Shown: positions 1 through 12,913, counted from the whole stretch's first letter. The stretch: 63,836 bases of DNA, filler included, from Dicyema japonicum (GCA_011109175.1; 6 parts of 6 records of this genome joined end to end with filler, not necessarily neighbours in it); one strand, 5' to 3'. Numbers and translations are program-made. The notes: generated by a model not told the origin, from the letters alone.

Positions 1-109
1 ACAATTGGGATAAAGATAAGAACAAGACGATTTGATTCTTTGATCCAACCAACTTTGTGACACAAAAATAGGAAGATTGTTTACAATAAAAATATTTGAG
101 CACGCAATG

Positions 110-296
110 GGAGTTACCACCAATGATCAGAGCCCAATGTTTTGGAAAAATTGTTTCGTTTCCTAAGAAGCTGGGAAATTTGACACTCAAAATCCACAAT
201 TCATGTGAGACTCAGAGGCTTCTCCAGTTGATCTCCGTTGCAATCATGAGAGGCAACACAACGTCGATTATGTCGGCGGGGACCATTTTCGATTAA
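110..296 (+). mobile_element. CRE-type RLE non-LTR retrotransposon, extreme 3' fragment
   Basis: Translates to ...QRLLQLISVAIMRGNTTSIM, the C-terminal motif after the RLE endonuclease; the same motif ends the copies at 45122, 45716 and about 46950. Confidence 0.7.
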
Positions 297-304
297 TTTT
301 TGAT

Positions 305-665
305 CCAATCTTGAAGCTGCAGGCTTCCCGGCAGTGCTGGAGCCCGTGGGATTAGACCGCAGAGACAGGAAAAGACCGGATGGGCTAACAATCTTTCCGT
401 TCACTGAGGGAAAATCGCTAGTATTGGACTGCACTTGTGTGGATTCTTTCTCGAACTCGATGATGCTCATCTGGATCGGCAGATAATTTGGCTGAAAAAA
501 TTAAGATTAAAAAATATAGTAAAATTGGAGATCGCTTTCGTTTTGTACGGTGGCAATCGAAAAGTCTGGTACTGCGGGAAGCATCACATCCTCTGTCCTG
601 AAGGAAATCGGAGAGAAATTGGCCCATCGTAAGAAAGATGTGCGGGAAGCGGTCTGCAGTTGTCC
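305..665 (+). mobile_element. CRE-type retrotransposon fragment, restriction-like endonuclease region
   Basis: LEAAGFPAVLEPVGLDRRDRKRPDGLTIFPFTEGKSLVLDCTCVDSF contains the R-P-D...D RLE core; decayed downstream. Confidence 0.8.
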
Positions 666-932
666 GCGGAAACGCTTACTCAGTAATTTCAGAAATCGTA
701 AAGTAAATCGCCATTTTAAAGTTAATAATCAACACGTGCGAAACACGTTTTGGTTATTAGAAACAAATAAATTAGCGTCTAAATATTATGCTTCTATTAA
801 TATAGATTACAACTAATTCCCTCGAAATACAAGACTAATTAAATTCAAATCATATAACTTGTCAACAAAGCACCACAAGAAAATTGCATGAATTTAAAAA
901 ATCAAAAAAATATTATGAAAAAATTAAATGAA

Positions 933-1199
933 TTAATTATTTATTTTATAAATTTTCTTTACATCATCTTCCCATTCCTTTTCGTGCAGTTTATAAATTT
1001 TCATGGCAACCGCCGCATCAGCGATCTAAATAATCTCCACTAACAAACCGAGTCATGTTCGTTCACCTGAATATTAATATGCAGAAAATAACGAGCCAAG
1101 TTCTTTAAAGACGGCCTTTTCCATCGAAAACATCTGCCTGAAGACGTCGTAATCGGAAGTATCCCTGACAAACTCATCAGAAAGGCGGATATTCAGCAA
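933..1199 (-). pseudogene. REXO4: REXO4/ISG20L2-family DEDDh exonuclease, 3' fragment with frameshift
   Basis: Spliced: LLNIRLSDEFVRDTSDY...(frameshift)...RPSLKNLARYFLHINIQVNEHDS|IADAAVAMKIYKLHEKEWE, matching the recalled REX4 C-terminus (IRDT..Y, RPSL, EH.S..DA.AAM.LY...WE). 23-nt GT-AG introns at 1026-1048 and 1200-1222; the exon between them is 151 nt (not 3n); no upstream exonuclease motifs found. Confidence 0.75.
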
Positions 1200-1304
1200 C
1201 TAAAATAATTATTTCCGAATACCCCGAGTTTATTTTATATTAATTCATTCTGGATAGTCGTATATATCTGATTTTGGTAGATTATTTGTGTTGAGTGAGC
1301 TTTA

Positions 1305-1620
1305 TCAAGCCAACCATTTGTATACATCAGTCATTATGTCTTGGATATTATCGGAGTTTAATATCTGGTAATGTCGGTTGAACAAATGTGTGAAGGTTCG
1401 TAAAAAAAGCTCGACTCGCTTCAGGGAGATCTGAAGACATAGCTCGTAAAAAGTGCTGATGTCTTGAAGGATAAAGAGATTTGGAGCGCTAGATGCATAG
1501 AAAGAAGTGAAAAATTACCTAACAATAGAAAAAAACTGCAAAACTTTGGTGTTTGTTGAAAAACTTATTTTTGGGAAGCGATCAACACGGTGAAGTTCAA
1601 GTTGTCGAAACTCGGCTATT
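1305..1620 (-). pseudogene. Possible fragment of an unidentified tiny-intron host gene
   Basis: Candidate 21-nt and 30-nt GT-AG introns join open frames into ...HRVDRFPKI|ILQFFSIVS|APNLFILQDISTFYELCLQISLKRVELFLRTFTHLFNRHYQIL...; no family recognised. Confidence 0.3.
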
Positions 1621-1744
1621 TTTAAATATTTTTTATAATATTTTAAATATTATTTTATTTTTTGTATTTCTTGTTTAAATTTATTGTTTTAGTTATTTTA
1701 GGCAAAAATAAATTGATAAATGTAAAACATAATTACGCCTTTAC

Positions 1745-2500
1745 ATTACAATTCCTCGTCTCCTGTGGAATACATTGGAATTACCATCCGTAAAAGAATG
1801 TGAAATATAACAATTGCGAACATATACATTTCCCCTGCCAGCATCTGCCCGATGGAATTTACCTTCTCCCTGAATGTGTTATGCCACTTTCAACATTTGT
1901 TGATATGTGGCGATTTCAACGCGAAGCACCCGACCTGGTACAAAAGACTAACGTCAGAGGAAATCTCCTCTTTCTATTGGATAACTTCATGATTCTTAAC
2001 GACTATTGGATTAACACAAAAACACCATTTAGAGATTATGAGTCATAGCTATAAGTTATGACAACATGACCTCACCTGATTTGATTTTTGCCACCCATAA
2101 CATTGCTTCTCTTGACATCTGGTCTGTGATTTATGACTTCCAGAGCGACCACAATCCTATTTTCACTTGAGTGATGGGCACGTTTTTTCGAAAAAAAACG
2201 AAACACTTTACTGGTTTACAGAAACGTTAATTGGGAAAAAAATTTGCAAAATATGTGGACAGTACGTTTCAACTCACTCGATAATGCAGTCTCTTATGTA
2301 AACAAAAAGATCCAGAAGGCAATGAAAGTATTTATAACGGAAAGATAAATCAAATCCTATATTAAACGTTTTGATAAAAAACGAAGATAATTATACATGA
2401 ATGTTATTAAATTATGAAAGTCCAAGGCCATCACCAGAAATTATATATCGAATTCGATTTCTTGATAGCTAAATAAGGAAAATAGTAAGAAAAGAGAAAT
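1745..2500 (+). mobile_element. Decayed LINE AP-endonuclease region (I-group-like)
   Basis: Motifs across frames: CGDFNAKHPTW, RGNLL, SPDLIF, SDHNPI. Confidence 0.65.
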
Positions 2501-2647
2501 GGAGGAATTGAGAAAAACAACCTCCGTGTTTAACAAACAGGGGTTTCTGCCAATCATGTTTAAGACTCTCCCTGATCACAAACTCTGAGAAGAGAAACAG
2601 TTTTAATTTCTATAAAAAGGAACTTGACAGAATGATGACAATGTTTT

Positions 2648-2740
2648 ATAGAGAACATAACCAAATGATTGGAATAATTTATAGAGAACATAACCAAATG
2701 ATTGGAATAATTTATAGAGAACATAACCAAATGATTGGAA
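2648..2740 (+). repeat. 33-bp tandem repeat, about 3 copies
   Basis: TATAGAGAACATAACCAAATGATTGGAATAATT repeated; reads YREHNQMIGII in frame. Confidence 0.9.
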
Positions 2741-3615
2741 AGGAATTTAATAATTTGAGTATGAACGAGTAAATAGTTACCTTAATTTGAATTTATAGTA
2801 TTGCTTACATATTCAGGTAATTATTACATTTATTTAAATAATACATTTCACAATAATTGTCGTGTAATCTATATTTATATTTATTTAATATTATTTTGGA
2901 ATAGAGAATACTTGCATGTGGAGAAAGGGATTGGGATTAGCTGACAGTTACTTCTACAAGATGAGAGTTCGTCCATTTATTTGGATGAATATCTGCTATA
3001 GCGATTATATCTGAATTTATCTGATTTTTTCTGATTTTAAATATTTCGAGACATTATTTATGTGTAAATCGGAGGTACTATCATTAAACAACTCCATCAA
3101 CTGATTCTATCGATATTTAAAACGTTTTTGGTCAAAAATAAGATGATTGNGTTATGTTTGTAATAAAATTTGACGTAATGGAGTTAGGTTTGTGAAGATG
3201 TACAATCGTGATCAATGCGCTGATATTCTCTATCATTCCTGGGAGAAACAGTAAAAAAAAGTAAAATTAAATTCTAAATGAAGGCGTTCAAAGCTTGGTG
3301 TAATTCCCACAACCGGAAAATCAACTGCCAAATAGCTTAATTTGACACTGATTTTTCCGATTGACTGATTTTGATGATCAACTGACGGTCAGCGTGAGAA
3401 TGGATACACGTTGATATATCTCGTGGACAATCGGCTGGATAAGATAAAGGAGATATATAGTGACTTGTCGGATTCCCCCAAGGAGTTGTATAGCAGATTA
3501 AGCATCGAATAATGGTTTTGGAGAAAGTAGACGCAATTAATTAATAAAAATTAACAAAAAAACCGATATTTTTTGAAAAAAATAATTATTCTGTCCGTAT
3601 TCCATTTATAATTAC

Positions 3616-3918
3616 CTACTCAAAATCATAATTCTTCCTGACAAACTTCATCCAACTAAAAAAACACCAAAAACCAAACTTATTCTCCAAACTTTTAATA
3701 TGATTTCCAGCCTCAATCTGAACATTTTTCCTCATAATATTAACTTCCTCGATTTTCTCCCTTCAAATATTCACGATCCAAACCTTATCCCATCCAACTT
3801 CTGCATGTAATCCGATAATTTCGAATGTACACTGTTATGCTTCAACCAGACTTCCGAGCTGCATGAAAATTGTATTCTCCCAGCTCATAATAGGGTAGCT
3901 CATCTAAGACCACTTGTT
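3616..3918 (-). pseudogene. BCAS2: BCAS2/SPF27 (Prp19-complex splicing factor), internally deleted pseudogene
   Basis: EQVVLDELPYY matches the recalled N-terminus VVVDALPYF; the sequence then jumps with a frameshift to EVWLKHNS...MQKLDGIR|EKIEEVNIMRKNVQIEAGNHIKSLEN|NWMKFVRKNYDFE*, matching [37 protein letters not shown]. Phase-2 introns of 23 nt (3761-3783) and 24 nt (3656-3679) flank an 81-nt exon. Confidence 0.8.
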
Positions 3919-5099
3919 CTATAATATAATAAAATTATTTAAATTTATTTTATTTTGTTTAAATAATTTTTAATCTAAGTTATCATTATATGCTACCACG
4001 AGGTCACCACGTATGTCTCAATGCCTACCTATAAAGACCGAATAGGTAAGTCGCCTACCTATAAAGACCGGTAGTTACTTTTTTGCATGTATTTGTTACT
4101 ATTGGATGAGTGATTCGTGAGGATTTTTATCTTCAAGTATTATTTCCTGATAAATCTTGTTATAGCAAAGATTGCACAGGTTTAGAGGTTGTTGAATGCG
4201 AATCAAAATGAAAGCCGCAAGTTCCTACTCAAGCATTTCTGAATATCTCCAATACTGAATTTAAGTTTTGAGGAGGATAATAACTTATAACTTATAAGAT
4301 ATAAATATCTCAACAATATGGCATTACCTTAATATTTTCCGAATTTGCTATAAAGTAACCTTTTATCTGGTTCTTTTCCTTGGGGATTTAACATCTCTAC
4401 TTTACTCCGGGATTTTACTTTTCTATTTTCCTTGGGGATTTAACTTCTCTTTATTTTTTTCTCTTGAGACAAAACTTAGTGGATGTTAATGTTCTCAAGA
4501 GATAAATTTGTCTTATCAACCCGGACAGAATCAACGCCCCGGGTTTTTATGACATACCACAATAAATAATATTTTATTGTTAATAAATTTTTAAAAATTA
4601 GATAAGTTTATGAGAATTTCGAGATTTGTAGCTACTTATAGTTTTGTTCTATCGCAATTAATCAATTCATTAAACGCACAAAGTTTTAAATTTTTAAATA
4701 CACCAATTTTAGAAGCTTTATATACTTTTGATGCCGATTGTTCACTAATCTTCTGCTGAGACAGGAGGATAACTTGAAGCTACTTAGGATTTGAAAAAGG
4801 TACAGAGCAGAAAGGAGTCCTCAGGCGCGTCATTTCAACCATCACTTTCATCCATATCCCCAATTGTGGGAACTTCTCCAGTGGATTAGAGAAGCTAGAT
4901 TCTGGATGTTCACTTGATGCCTTATAGTACTTGAAGTGTGAGAAAGGGAATTCTTCGACAAGGTAAACAGCGGAAAATATTTATTATTATTATAGGCACG
5001 TGCGCGATGCCAAGATCATGAACGGGCATGTGCAACACGAAAAGTTAACAATCTAATTAATGTCCCCCATCTTTTTCGATCCGTTGCCATGTTTCGTAG

Positions 5100-5490
5100 C
5101 GTATTCTGAGTTCTTCATCTAGAATAACCGGCAGTGTTGTCCTCGGCCGGCTGCGGAAACGAGAAGCTTATAAGACAAAATACTCCTCCATTGCTATGTT
5201 GGCAGGGGTCCCCATATCGTGGCTGAGTATGTGTCCAAAAAACCTCCATCTTGAATCAGTAATCTCACATGATATTGGCTCAGTTCCTGTTCTCTTGTAT
5301 AAGATTTCAAACACCTTCGATTTTTGTCTCTTTGAGACATCCGATTGATATCTTGTATTTTGAATGGTCTTCACATAGTTCTTTTCTTTTCTATGCACTA
5401 GAGAGTCCTTTGACATTGAATGTTAAAAGAGAGAAGTCATTCAGGTTGCAATTTTCGTTTTTTTCAGACATACTTTTCCATAGGGACGTC
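5100..5490 (-). mobile_element. RTE-type LINE, RT C-terminal fragment
   Basis: RWRFFGHILSHDMGTPANIAMEEYF followed by SRPRTTLPVI, as in the other RTE copies in the window. Confidence 0.7.
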
Positions 5491-6269
5491 ACCACCTCAA
5501 CCAAAAAAATATTAATAATAAAAAAACTCGAAAAAATATTACTGACATGTTGGACATGCATTTTTTGCAATATAATATTAATTATCTATTATTATTTTAA
5601 TAAATATTTATTAAATTATTTAAAATGTGGTTTTTTGTATCTAGTGGCTTTTTTAAAGTATAAACATTGTTTTTAATTAGCTTTTATTAACTAACTATTT
5701 GTTTCTATTTTACCATTTATAATATGAAATTGCACAAACAGAGACTCTGAGTAAAGTTTCAGAAGTTCTACACACGTGCATACAAAATTTAAAGAGCATA
5801 TGGCTTTTCGGACATTTTTCTATTTCGGAAGGCAAGTATCATTAATTATTTTATATTTGGTCATTTCAAACTATATAGTACTAACCACGTGGCATATAAA
5901 TGTGTTAGGCTCTACTTTTTCATACGAATGATGATCGTCACCTTCTTTTCTGGTTCAAATGTCGTTATTACCTTTCTATTTTGAACAGTGCAGATCCAAT
6001 TCCATCCAGGTAGATGAGTTGAACGACGTGGATTACTGCCCCTTTCCATGTGGAATCGTCAGGAATTTTTGGCCTACAAGCAGTTGAACTAGTCTGTCAG
6101 ACTGGTCAATTACCAAAAAAAAGATCACCAATGATAAAAGCGAGGCAGTATGGCTTCAAGAAAGCACCTCTATAACAGTTGTCATTTGATACAACCTAAC
6201 CATTTTATTTAATTACTAGTTTGAGGATTAAAGAACATTCGAGAATTAATACTAATAGTACTCTGTTCC

Positions 6270-6590
6270 TCCTCTGGTAGACTCATCAATGTTCTCCAAT
6301 TTTGGTCAGACGAAGTCGAGTTTTTTGAAGGAATCGTCTGACGCGCTTCTAAGGCTTAAAGGTTTCCATAACATGAAGAACAAACGTTTCATCACGGAGA
6401 GGCCATCATACTTTTCTCAGTCTCATCATTTTTGTAGCGATGTGTCCGTGCACTTATGTTCCAGACTAGGGGTTTTCCGGTAGCTAATGGAAATTCCATT
6501 CGGACGTTTCCCATCTGGTCCACACTTTCAGCCTGAAAACAGCTGGATGTAGTCAATGGCGCTGAGAGATTCTGACTCATTCGGTTCAAC
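6270..6590 (-). mobile_element. CRE-type RLE fragment (decayed)
   Basis: GNVRMEFPLATGKPLVWN resembles the RPDG..FP...GK.LVWD motif. Confidence 0.55.
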
Positions 6591-7883
6591 AGATCTTAAA
6601 ATTAATACTGGTAGGTGAAAATGGGAAAACTCCATACTATATTTTTTAGGATCCTCGTAAGCCAACTACTCTCACAGTTTATACTCTCCTCTTACAGACA
6701 CATACTAAAGACTTTTTAATTATTTCTTGTTTAACAGTATATGACATTGAGCGCTCCACTCACAGAGTTAGAGGTATGATAACTAAACTATCTTTTTTAA
6801 ATACCGTCGTACATGCATTGAATTCTCCAATAGAACACAGTCTACCAAAAGCGACGGCTATAGGAAAACAGTGAACAAATAAGGATGCATCCGAAAGATT
6901 GCATTCCAATATAGTATCAGAATTATCAAAGACAATTTTCAACGACAAATGAAAGCTCAGTTAGCTACTATTTCTATATGAGTTATTAATAAATGTTTGA
7001 ATTGAATATAAATCCACAATATTGTTTACCCTTTTTAAAATCTCGTGATAAAACGAGAGGAATAAAAAGCAGTGATTGTTATTTATAAACCCCAAGACCA
7101 CAGAAAGATGTGTGAAGACAACTAAATAGATGATCAAAGCTTATAACATTTTATGAATCTTTGAGTAAAAAGCCGCGTGGGCCATGTGATGCTGCGTGGC
7201 TAATTGGTTGAAGTTTTCTGCTTGTTTATCTGAACCTCCTCTCTTTTCCTATAAGAGTGGCGTCATATGATCCACCTGTCTAGGTGACGCCCAGTGCCAG
7301 GCCGTCACGAAAAAGGATCATTTGCTCTCCCCCACTCCACTGGAGGGGTTTTTCACAACTGTATGTAATGGACGTCTTACTTTTTATGCTGTTTCCTGAT
7401 GGACTCTGTTACTGTAAAGTGGAAACTGGATACACTTAATCAGTTGTTTACTTTAACTTCTTTCTCTGTATTCGGGGTTAAAATAAATAAATAAAATCTT
7501 TTCGAAAGCTCCACCAGCAACAATTTAATATTATAATTATTGTTCGATATAAAATCAAAATAAGCTAAGATTTATGTGTGACACTAGTTCGTGGAGAAAA
7601 TTTGCCTACATTTGTCACAAACAGACCAACTTATTTTCCTTACCAAGCAACTAGCCATTAGTTTGCTTGGTATTGGATGCTGGATGAGCGCTAAGCTACC
7701 GTTCCAACATTTCTTTAATAAGAAAGTGGTGATGCTGAACCTAACCCAGAACTCAATTCATTTTTGCGAAGGTAGAAGATTGTCCAGTTGAACAGAAACG
7801 CTCTGTCTAAAAGATTTGTTGATTTACACAACATCTTGCAGAATTATTGTGTGGACATTACCAATCCACCAATTTCACCTTTT

Positions 7884-8470
7884 TTAGCAATTTGTTGGTG
7901 AAAGTCCATAATTTCTTTTGAATCTTTTTTTGGGTTTTTCTAAATATTTTAGATCGAGATTTTTGAGCTGACGGTGTAACGAGACGATTGAATAAGGAAT
8001 GTAAACATGGTATTCATTGAAGGGGGAGAACAGATTATTAACCATGCTTTTGGAACTCAACCTTATCACCAATAAGTGGGAATTTGGAGATGATGTTACA
8101 TTTGGAAAATCCACAAAATTATTGTAATCCATGGATCTTAGCATCCACCAGATATCTTTGAAATTATGTGGAAAATCGAATAATCTCATTTTCTATAAAA
8201 TCATACGATTTCACGTTGACATAAGCAAAATTTTGAAACACTCTTCCAGTGCTCATTTGATGCTAAAATACACAAGACATGATGGAATTACCCTTACCAT
8301 ATAATCTAATCCTTCCACAATGTATTGGAATGACCAGAATAAGCCATTATAAGTGTATATATTTTAGAATTGTGTAGATTCGTTTATGGACTGAAAATAG
8401 TGGTGATTGATATTCTTGAATACTTTTTGATAAATAGTTATATGGCACTTGAACATTCTAACCATCATTT
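7884..8470 (-). pseudogene. Putative multi-exon host gene or pseudogene, product unknown
   Basis: Three consecutive phase-0 GT-AG introns (8391-8423, 33 nt; 8263-8291, 29 nt; 8193-8214, 22 nt) link frames into the 101-aa ORF at 7884-8189; one in-frame TAA remains upstream. Confidence 0.4.
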
Positions 8471-9744
8471 ATTCAAATTTAAAGTCATTGATGGGAGACA
8501 TTAACAATGTCCGGCTCGCTGATCTGGGCTGAATGTAGTGCAAGCCTTGGCATCAGATCTTCGGCAGACGTTGCACTCATTGGTGTTTTTTCTTTATGTG
8601 CTTCATGTGTTTGCCAAACGTCAGAGTTACTCATCACTTGGAGATTTTTGAAAAATCTTTGTCAGAAACCCGAATTGCATTGGGAGAGGTTAGATAATTG
8701 TTCCCAACGGACGAGAGGTCTAAAAAGTAATAACAATTTCTTCAAAATCTCTGGAGCTCATGAAAAATTCGAACAGCCATCGCCTGGCTTGTTTTTGTTC
8801 GGCATGCGTGTAGGATTGTGGTTTGACTGAATCCATGCCCAATCTTTGGCGTTGGGATTTTGATAGATAATGGCATTGGGTATTCATATCTCATTAATTG
8901 AATATTTAGGAGACCCATCTATGCTGATGAGCAAGAATGATTAATAGGAAAGGGATCCAACCCCTTTTTCTCAAAAAGACCCCCTAAAGAATTGCTAGTC
9001 ATAAAAGATATTATTATACGTGGTCTGGAAGCTGATGGTGCCTCCATCATTGAAACTGTGGGAATTTATCGAAGATACGGGACAAGACCAGACTGGAAGA
9101 CTGTTTGCCAAAATACGTTGGATTATCTTGTGTGATAATTTTTCTATGACAAATATGATAAATATTATAAAAATTGACACATTAGTACCCAGGCTGGTTC
9201 CATAAATAAGCCCAACACAAACAGTCATAATTAATCCATCATTAGTTACCCACGTAGTGACATTTAGCTAATTGGTTAAAGATTTTCCTTCGAAGTGTCA
9301 TTGCATTCACCTTATTCAGGAGACGCCCAATACCGGGCTGGCATTCAAAAGGAGTAAAATTGTCTTCATTGCAGTGATAGAAAATTTCATTACTGTCGAC
9401 GAGTTCTGGAATCGACCTCAGCTCCTCTGAGAAGGTCCTCTAGATCATTGTTCATTGGTAAAAGATCTACCGGAACGCGTCAGGATCAATGATTTAGTTA
9501 GTTAGTTTAACACTTGTTTCTTAAAATAATTTTATTTATTGTTAATTGGGGCTTCTAAATTTCTCTGAGTCTGATTCACTTTAATTATCAGAAACACATG
9601 GCTATTCTCGCAATTAATTCGACGAGGACTATATTAATTTGAAAACATATATGCGATTTGCTAAAACTGATCTTTTTTAAATTCTAAATCTTGAAAAAAC
9701 TGACTTTAATATTGAAGAGATAAATGTTAATTATAATATATATA

Positions 9745-10070
9745 AGGCAATCATGGCCTGCAAGCATTGAGCATGCAATTGGATTGCCCATCATGATTGC
9801 GATACCAATGTGCTGGAAGAGCCAACGTGTCATTCTAGGATCTCTCTTTTTAGTCCTGCAAGTCTCGATAAACTTTGCCGTTGTGGAGCAAGCATATTGA
9901 AGAATACATTTGTTTATATTGGAAGATAACTGACCCCGTTGAACCGTATTAGATAGCCTATCGCAAGGAAGAAAGATATAAGAGAGAAGAATTGGCGTTT
10001 TGACTGCATTTCCTTACAAATCGTCATGGGAAATAGGTTTTCATTTCTAAGAGCGGACTGCCTCAACTGA
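9745..10070 (+). mobile_element. CRE-type zinc-knuckle/RLE fragment
   Basis: Decayed match to the ALS...C.CG and ...LTAFPY...SSWEIG 3' motifs of the CRE copies. Confidence 0.45.
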
Positions 10071-10479
10071 AAGGAACTACAAGAATTGTTTGTTTTTATT
10101 TATTATTTATTTATTTATTTGTTTGTTTTTAAATAATAAAGTTTATTAAAATTAAAAATGTTTGATTATTAAAATTTTAATTAAATACGATTCATTTTAA
10201 GGTATGAAATTAATAATTGGATAACAAAAATGATGAAATTGAGAATATTTAATATTAAATGCAGTTATTACTAACAATTTCTTGCATTAATGACGTCTGG
10301 AAATCAGAAGTTGAGATTCAGTAAAATTCTTGTCTGAGAAAAATAAATTGAATTCTAAAATTAGTACTCTCATACTGAAGTATCTCCCGGTGTTTTTCAT
10401 TGCCGGTTGAAAGTAATTGGAAAATACTGAAAAAGTATCTCCCGGCCTATTTTACCCAAAGACTTCACTAAAACGTATT

Positions 10480-11050
10480 CACTAAGCGATTTATAAACAT
10501 TTTGCCTTCCCGACGCTCGACTGGGTGATTTGAAGGCTATTAGTAGCTGCGATTAACCATTTGAACTCCATGATGGCCAAAATCTGCATAAATCCATATC
10601 ACTGGGTTTGCAAGTACATCATTCTGCCATTAGGATTGTCGATGAATCAAACGAAACTTAGTTAATCTCAAAATTGAGTGTTTATCCAGATTATTCCATG
10701 AAAAACTGTGCAGAGAGTTCGACCAATCCTGTTGATAGAATACTATTCGACAATTACTCATATTTTAACCATGACAAGAATTTCTACATATCACTACGAT
10801 TTTATAATAAAGTAAATATACAACAATATTTTAATTCTCATATGATTGGAAAAATGGGTGAATTAACGGCCATTAAAAAAAATCTTTGTCGTAGAACATT
10901 GTGCAATTAATTTATCGAAATATTACGTAATTGTCATTATGTTTCTCTAGACGATGAATGTACGAGTGAGAGGTTCTACACATTTTGAATACATCAATTT
11001 TCATTAAAAAATATGTCGACAGTCATCTTAAAAAACATGCTGTCTTATAA
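10480..11050 (-). mobile_element. hAT (Buster-like) transposase relic
   Basis: Scattered motifs LIHRQ, EGKMFINR and PLTRTFIV in broken frames. Confidence 0.35.
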
Positions 11051-11259
11051 TTTTGATGTTAAATCATGTGGCATTGAGGATGGTTTTGTTATTAGGCTGG
11101 TTGTGAAAATGTTTGTTATGAAAGTACTGTGAGTAGTTTTGAAATTGTTTATTTACCTATGATTATGTCTGAAAACAGTCCTCATACTGATTCTCTGTTT
11201 CCGTTTGAAATTGTTGAAATAGTAAGAAAAACGAGTTTATTGATAGGCAATCGTTTTGA

Positions 11260-12913
11260 CCAAGACAAGACAAATTTTATTTTCTAACAAACCCCAAAAC
11301 TAATTACTGTAAAGAAACCAAAACCTGAACCAAAACTAATTAAGTGGGTTTGTATTCATCGTGTAGGGTCATTTTATGAGACACCACATGTCTCTACTTC
11401 GTTTGGACCCCAAAAATTACATCACATTTTCCATAAGTGATGTAATAATTTTTCTATCTTTCTGACTTTCAGGTCGTAATCCTCTTCGATATTAGATTTT
11501 AAGTCCAGTCCATATGCCAATTTAATCGCAAATCTTCTGGACTTTTCCAATTTTTTGACAAAGACATCACTTTCTTTTGTTCTAAACCATCCTTGATAAC
11601 CATATATCAAGAATGGTTCAACACACGCCGAATACACAAAAGAAAAGTTTCAGGCTCCAAATGAAATCGAATTAAAGATTTCAACATTCCTGTAGCTTTC
11701 TTTCTTCGTGTTTTAATATGTTCCTTGAAAGATCCTCTTCGGTCTATCAACAATCCGAGATACTTCAATGTTTCAGAGATTTTTATATCCCCAGTATTCA
11801 CACATTGATTAATATTTTTTCTTTTACTTGCAATCCAAGTGACTGTTGTTTTTTCCCTCGATAGAGTCAACCCATTGTTTTGGCACCACTTTCCAATCTT
11901 AGTAATATGGGATTCCACCCTTTTCCATGAAATTTGTTTATTCATGCTTTGAATCAAGCACAAGAATGTCATCAGCATAAATAATCATTTGACTATTTAC
12001 GCTCTCTGTTTTCGGCAAATCTCTCATTACGCAATTGAAGAGTAGCGGGCTGAGAATTGAACCCTGTGGAACTCCTCTTCGCAATTCAATTTTCTTTGAA
12101 ATTAAATTTCCAACACGTATATATGACTTTCTTTTTGAAAGAAAGTTTTCTATCCATAATAACGCAGTTTTCCCAATTTCTGCTTTTGACAACGTATCAA
12201 CAAGTCCAAAGTGCCAAACACTGTCAAACGCTTTTGTTATATCCAAACATGCTATTGTAAGAAATTCCTTTTTATTTCGTGAAATTTCGATTGCAGATCT
12301 TAGCTCTTTAAAGCAATCTCCAGTCCCTTTTTTATGCCGAAATCCCAGTTGATTATCAGAGAGAAAATTATTATCCTCAACATGCCTTGATAGACGATTG
12401 AAAACAATTTTTTCCATAACTTTCGATATTGAGCAGACTAGGCTAATTGGCCTATAACTATCTGCTTTTGACCTTGGCTTTCCTTTTTTCACAACCATGC
12501 GTACAATTGTTCGTTTCCAATAAGCTGGAACATGACCAAAACTCCAAGAAGAATTATATAATATTTTTAGGCACTCAATCAAAATTGGGCCTGCGTTCTT
12601 GAAAATACTCATTGGGATAAAATCCCACCCTGGTGCTTTATTTTTGCAACCCTTAATTGCAGCATTTATTTCTTCCAGCGTTATAGGATGACACAAGGGA
12701 CCACTCAGTTTCGACTTTTCTTTATAACTACTTCTTGTATCTTGTACTTCTATCGGAATAAAAGATGCCGGATCTATCTCTTGAATTTTGGACAATTGTC
12801 GACGTAAAACATTTGGAATTTCTTCTTTTGGAATAGTGAGACCATCATCTGACTTGAGAGATATTTCTTCATTCTTATTACTGGGAGAATTCATTCTTAG
12901 ACCATCGTCCCAT
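11260..12913 (-). mobile_element. 5'-truncated I-group-like LINE (RT domain, thumb and 3' UTR)
   Basis: 328-aa ORF with APGWD, YRPISL, QLGFR, LDITKAFDSV, GVPQGSILSP and YADD; two frameshifts then KYLGLLID and YSACVEP.LIYG; 3' UTR ends in a (TTGTC)n tail; no RNase H seen. Confidence 0.93.

Noticed and set aside
7560-7900. Protein-like frames with many TAA/TAG stops, suggesting a ciliate-type genetic code
   Set aside because: Calmodulin, PFDN4 and NRDE2 terminate at TAA at the homologous end and use CAA/CAG for Gln; decay or unrecognised introns explain the stops.
8830-9150. Protein-like plus-strand frame (GILIDNGIG|RPIYADEQE...GIYRRYGTRPDWK) with a possible 30-nt intron
   Set aside because: Contains a stop and no recognisable family; too weak to call.
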